DNA of 64,000 nt from positions 1 through 64,000 of the IMG/VR virus record IMGVR_UViG_3300031857_000010; one strand, written 5' to 3'. Under the pieces are notes generated by a model, which ran no database searches, was not told where the DNA came from, and saw only the letters and a list, made by a program, of their open reading frames with translations. How positions within the stretch are numbered: position 1 is the stretch's first letter; each line of letters starts with the position of its first letter. Position numbers and translations under genes: made by a program. Below, in pieces: positions 60,180-64,000 of the stretch.

Positions 60180-60646
60180 TATCCGAATCATATAAAAATA
60201 GAATAAAAAAATTAAGTGGTATTAGACTTAATGAGGTAGAATTAAATGCCACTTCTGGAAGGAGTGGTAAAAATACATTTGGATATTTTGTCGAAGAATA
60301 CTTATTAAATGTAGGGGAAATTTTCTTTAATGATCTCAAGAAAAAAATAAACGAAAACCAAAATAAAAATTTGGAAATAAAAAATTCCAATAATAAAATA
60401 CAAAATAATTCAGTTTTAATAAATTTTCAAATAGAAGATACTACAGATAGAAATAATATTGAAGAACTTGATTTCTCTATAACTTTTTTGGTAAAAATAG
60501 AGTCTAATTCTAATACTGTTGCTTTATTAAAATATGAAAATGTAAATGACGAATTCAATCTGCAATCAAAACATTCAGAAAATGACTTGCAAGATTTTAT
60601 AAATGAAATCACTTTGAGAGTGATTAATGTGGAAAAGACAAATTAA
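60176..60646 (+). CDS. Hypothetical protein
   Basis: 156 aa, begins MISESYKNRIKKLSGI. Confidence 0.6.
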   Translation: MISESYKNRIKKLSGIRLNEVELNATSGRSGKNTFGYFVEEYLLNVGEIFFNDLKKKINENQNKNLEIKNSNNKIQNNSVLINFQIEDTTDRNNIEELDFSITFLVKIESNSNTVALLKYENVNDEFNLQSKHSENDLQDFINEITLRVINVEKTN

Positions 60647-60693
60647 TATTCTTTTTTTCTATATTTTAATTTAATTTAACAAAAACAATAAAT

Positions 60694-61011
60694 ATGATTT
60701 ACTGGAAAATTACAAATTTATCAAATCAAAACGCTAAATTAATTGTTAGCACAGCACCAAACCATTCAAAAGGTTTAATTATAAAACCCGGAGAGTTTTG
60801 CCTATCTAATCCGAAACAAACCCCGGTGATGGATGCCCAAATAAGAAGAGGACTTATTAGTGTTGAAAAAGAATTTGATAATTCAAAATATGGATTTAAA
60901 ATAGCAGAGGCTTATAATTTAGACATTCTAAATAATTTAATTCAGCAGGAAGAAGATAAAATGAAACAAGCTAAAATTGATGCTGAAAACTATATAAACA
61001 ATCCTGAATAA
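60694..61011 (+). CDS. Hypothetical protein
   Basis: 105 aa, A-rich leader. Confidence 0.6.
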   Translation: MIYWKITNLSNQNAKLIVSTAPNHSKGLIIKPGEFCLSNPKQTPVMDAQIRRGLISVEKEFDNSKYGFKIAEAYNLDILNNLIQQEEDKMKQAKIDAENYINNPE

Positions 61012-61015
61012 TTTT

Positions 61016-61633
61016 ATGAAAGAAACTTTTAATTATATAGCAAATAATTATACTTATATAGATTCAACTGAAATATCCAATATAACAACCACAACATCAT
61101 TAACAGGTGTAAGTAGTTCTAATTCTGGATACATTACGTTGAGTAATCCAATCACATACAATGGTACAGATTTCATTACTCTTCAGGGAAATACAACAGC
61201 AGGAATCAATACTAATATAGTTAATGTTGATAATTTAAATATCAAACAATCTTTTATAAAAAATATTTTAGATAGAGTTATTGAAATTAGAAGTTTAACC
61301 AAAAAAGCTTTTTATGAATTTTTTGACATTAAAAAAATAGTTTATTATAAAAACAGTACTAAAATTGTTTGTACAAAAAATGTGGATTTAGAATACATAG
61401 ATGAACTTAAAGACACGTCAGAACTTTTGTTGGAATGTATTGACGTTCCTTTTGACGACTACAAAAAAAAAGCTATTAGAAAAACAGATAATAATATCAA
61501 TTTAAACGGCAGTAATTCAATATGGGTTACTTCAGGTACTAATACTATTACTATAAATAATTCAAACACTTATATAAGTCCTAATAATTTTAATTGGATT
61601 TACAATACAAATAATATAACTTATACGGCTTAG
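61016..61633 (+). CDS. Hypothetical protein
   Basis: 205 aa, Thr/Asn-rich ends. Confidence 0.55.
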   Translation: MKETFNYIANNYTYIDSTEISNITTTTSLTGVSSSNSGYITLSNPITYNGTDFITLQGNTTAGINTNIVNVDNLNIKQSFIKNILDRVIEIRSLTKKAFYEFFDIKKIVYYKNSTKIVCTKNVDLEYIDELKDTSELLLECIDVPFDDYKKKAIRKTDNNINLNGSNSIWVTSGTNTITINNSNTYISPNNFNWIYNTNNITYTA

Positions 61634-61684
61634 TATTTTATTTGTTTTTTTTATTTAGTATTTTTTGAGAAATAATTAAAAAAT

Positions 61685-62947
61685 ATGTCAGATAATCAAA
61701 TTAAAATTTTAATGGTGCCAAGTGATTTGGCGGGTGTTGGTCATTACAGAAATATTTGGCCCGGTCAAGAAATTAATAAAAAATTCGGTAATCAATTCAA
61801 AATTGAGATTGATCATACACCAGATTTTAATAATGTTGATTTTTTCGCTCAATTTGATATTGTTCATTTTCATAGACAGTTAGGTCCATTTGAAAATCAA
61901 GAAAAATTAATTAAGGAACTTAGAAGCAGAGGTGTTGTAGTTGTGATGGATTTAGATGATTACTGGATGCCATCAAAAGATCATCCTATGTACGGTGCAG
62001 CCCTCAAAGAGAAATTGGCAGAGAAAGTTACTGCTACATTTAAAATGGTAGATTATGTGACCACAACTACTGATATTTTTGCAAGTCATATTAAGAGATA
62101 TAATCCAAATGTAAAAGTCGTTCCAAATGCTATTGATATGGCACATCCTATGTGGGCTCAAGAGAATACAAAAAAAACAGACAGAGTTAGAATATCTTGG
62201 ATTGGTGGTTCCAGTCATGCAAAAGATTTAGAGTTGCTTAAGAACTCTATGAATATATTGCACAATGACTCGAATTTGAGAAACAAATATCAAATTGTAA
62301 TGTGTGGTTATGATATTCGTGGCTATATAACAGAAGTCGACCAAGATGGTAATGTAATTAATAACAGAAAAATAACTCCTCAAGAAACAATATGGAACGT
62401 ATTTGAAGGAGTTTTTACAGATAATTATAATCCTAATTTTATATCAGAAGATTATAAAAAATATTTATTGAAGTGTGAAAACGCTCAATTTAAAGGATTT
62501 GATGTTTATGAAGGACCATATGTTAGAAGGTGGACTCTTCCACTTACTCAGTATGGAAAACACTATAATTATTGTGATGTTTGTTTGGCTCCCTTAGCTG
62601 AAAATACATTTAATGAAGTTAAGTCTGAATTGAAAATCATAGAAGCTGGTTTGACTAAGAAAGTTCTTATAGCACAAGAATATGGTATTTATAAAGAATT
62701 GATAAAGAATGGTGAAAATGGAATTTTAATTCCTAAATCTAAAAACGTAAGAGGTTGGTATGAGGCAATTAGAAAGGTCGTAAACGATAAAGAATACAGA
62801 GAGAAATTAGCGAACAATCTTTATGAATTTGTGAAAGACAAATATACTTTGGAGATAGTAACCGCAAATAGGGTTCAGTGGTATAAAGAAATTGTTGAAA
62901 AAGCTCAAAAAAATAAACCAATTCTTCAAGAGTCTTACTCAAACTAA
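61685..62947 (+). CDS. GT4/GT-B glycosyltransferase
   Basis: GVGHYR, VVMDLDD, PNAID, WIGGSSH, DVCLAPL, KSELKIIEAG, NGENGIL. Confidence 0.85.
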   Translation: MSDNQIKILMVPSDLAGVGHYRNIWPGQEINKKFGNQFKIEIDHTPDFNNVDFFAQFDIVHFHRQLGPFENQEKLIKELRSRGVVVVMDLDDYWMPSKDHPMYGAALKEKLAEKVTATFKMVDYVTTTTDIFASHIKRYNPNVKVVPNAIDMAHPMWAQENTKKTDRVRISWIGGSSHAKDLELLKNSMNILHNDSNLRNKYQIVMCGYDIRGYITEVDQDGNVINNRKITPQETIWNVFEGVFTDNYNPNFISEDYKKYLLKCENAQFKGFDVYEGPYVRRWTLPLTQYGKHYNYCDVCLAPLAENTFNEVKSELKIIEAGLTKKVLIAQEYGIYKELIKNGENGILIPKSKNVRGWYEAIRKVVNDKEYREKLANNLYEFVKDKYTLEIVTANRVQWYKEIVEKAQKNKPILQESYSN

Positions 62948-62960
62948 TTAAATTTCTTAA

Positions 62961-62968
62961 TATTTATA
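62961..62968 (+). promoter_or_regulatory. Candidate late promoter TATTTATA
   Basis: 15 nt upstream of the ATG at 62984. Confidence 0.55.
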
Positions 62969-62983
62969 ATTAAAAATATAATT

Positions 62984-63799
62984 ATGAAGAATATTAGTTT
63001 AAATTTTGGTTCTATAAAAGATACTATTTTTAGGTATTCATCGAAAACCATTATAAACGAAGGAAAAACATCCAGTTTTGTCGATTTATTTGTTGAAGAA
63101 TTAAAGAAAAAGCCAATTCTCAAACTTCAGTATTTGATCTATAAAAATATAGAAAATGCTAATTTTAAGAAAGAATACCTTGCTGAAAGATATTTGAATC
63201 AAAATATAAACTTGATAAAAGATTATAATTGGAATGATATTTTGAAGGAAAATAAAGATTTTAGAGTTGATATTCTTAAGAATTTCCATGTAGAATCTTC
63301 TCCGGAAAAAGCAGGTCTCTTTGAATCAATACATATTCTGATCAAATCTAAAACAATGAAAAATTTTAATGATTTAGATGATGAAAACAGGTCATATGAA
63401 ACAGTAATAAATTATTTGACCAGAGATATAGAAGTAGAAAAAAGCTCATTACAAGAAAATAAAACTAACGAAGAAATAGAGTTTCCTAAATTATTATCTT
63501 GGAAGTATGTGACTGAACTTGCAGTGAACAATTTTAACGAAAGATATTCTCACTTAAATGAATCAGAACAAAATTTAGTTAAAATTCTTATGTCTGAAGA
63601 AAATTACAAGGTAAATTATTTAGAGGATTTAAAACAAGAAAATCTTACATTGATAAATACTTTTCTCACTAATGCAGTTGATTCTGAAACAGCAAACAAT
63701 CTCAATAAATTTAAAAATAAAATAGAGAATTTAACGAACTCAAACTTAGATGAATCTATTATAAATCTCTATGAATTGAATTTGAACCTGAAAGATTAA
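62984..63799 (+). CDS. Hypothetical helical protein
   Basis: 271 aa ORF between a promoter motif and a terminator. Confidence 0.6.
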   Translation: MKNISLNFGSIKDTIFRYSSKTIINEGKTSSFVDLFVEELKKKPILKLQYLIYKNIENANFKKEYLAERYLNQNINLIKDYNWNDILKENKDFRVDILKNFHVESSPEKAGLFESIHILIKSKTMKNFNDLDDENRSYETVINYLTRDIEVEKSSLQENKTNEEIEFPKLLSWKYVTELAVNNFNERYSHLNESEQNLVKILMSEENYKVNYLEDLKQENLTLINTFLTNAVDSETANNLNKFKNKIENLTNSNLDESIINLYELNLNLKD

Positions 63800-63817
63800 A
63801 AAGTTTTTTTTAAAAAT

Positions 63818-63845
63818 AAACCCCCTAATTGGGGGTTTTTTTATT
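63818..63845. terminator. Bidirectional intrinsic terminator
   Basis: AAACCCCC-TAATT-GGGGGTTTTTTT between converging genes. Confidence 0.8.
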
Positions 63846-63999
63846 GTAGGTTATACTTCTTTCTGTGTTCTACCATTAAATCAACTATTATTTTACGAGT
63901 TTGGGTTGTGAACTCACCCTTGGTCATAATCCAATCATAATAAGATTTATCTTTTTCAAGAACTAATGTTACTGATTGACCTTGATATTTGCCAAATCC
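63841..63999 (-). CDS. C-terminal end of a probable 3'-5' exonuclease (exonuclease X/DUF3820-like tail), running off the window
   Basis: Translated by hand: GFGKYQGQSVTLVLEKDKSYYDWIMTKGEFTTQTRKIIVDLMVEHRKKYNLQ*. FGKYxG...YYxW motif. Confidence 0.6.
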   Translation of the reverse strand, partial: GFGKYQGQSVTLVLEKDKSYYDWIMTKGEFTTQTRKIIVDLMVEHRKKYNLQ

Positions 64000-64000
64000 A

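Noticed and set aside
3759-63289. The many 60-106 aa ORFs opposite or nested in long genes (e.g. 3759, 6547, 31754, 33742, 43340, 50302, 61973)
   Set aside because: They overlap longer ORFs with recognisable motifs, have no motifs themselves, and are expected by chance in AT-rich DNA.
1-64000. Stop-codon reassignment, as in some jumbo phages
   Set aside because: Long intact ORFs tile the window under the standard code. TAG (61633) and TGA (60179) act as real stops, and I saw no genes split at them.
1-64000. CRISPR array, tRNA, rRNA, intron/intein or transposase
   Set aside because: Intergenic gaps are short (mostly under 130 bp) and show no repeat-spacer or cloverleaf pattern. The repeats found are all coding. 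A covariance-model search was not run.

Overview
A very AT-rich 64 kb segment (roughly 25% GC, judged by eye) of a large tailed phage, most likely a jumbo myovirus using the standard genetic code. Most start codons lack a Shine-Dalgarno site and have A-rich leaders, which points to a Bacteroidota-type host (inference). Layout: (1) 1-5037 (+): a 5'-truncated fibre-like protein with two proline-free Gly-X-Y (Ser-rich) tracts around an Asn-Gly beta-helix-like region, followed by three tandem paralogs; (2) 5034-14557 (-): a glycosylation cassette led by a GT2 fused to an AAH/TibC-like protein O-heptosyltransferase domain, plus a four-domain GT/methyltransferase protein and a 6-deoxy-HexNAc pathway pair; (3) 14599-32462: tail/baseplate genes (gp25-, gp6- and gp5-like), one with a C-terminal nucleotidyltransferase domain; (4) 32496-38431: phage sigma factor, two GTs, degenerate HAD, prohead-protease-like protein apparently lacking catalytic residues, metallophosphoesterase; (5) 38494-56969 (-): a 22-gene glycan biosynthesis island (gmd, fcl, GDP-mannose 3,5-epimerase, nucleotide-sugar dehydrogenase, nadE, NodZ-like fucosyltransferase, many GTs and methyltransferases); (6) 57050-64000: acidic head-type proteins, phoH, a GT4 and a partial exonuclease. 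A TATTTATW motif sits 13-18 nt upstream of many structural genes. No tRNA, rRNA, CRISPR array or mobile element was seen. The leading candidate for a new system is phage-encoded glycosylation of its own Ser-rich virion fibres. All family calls come from motif recognition, not database searches.
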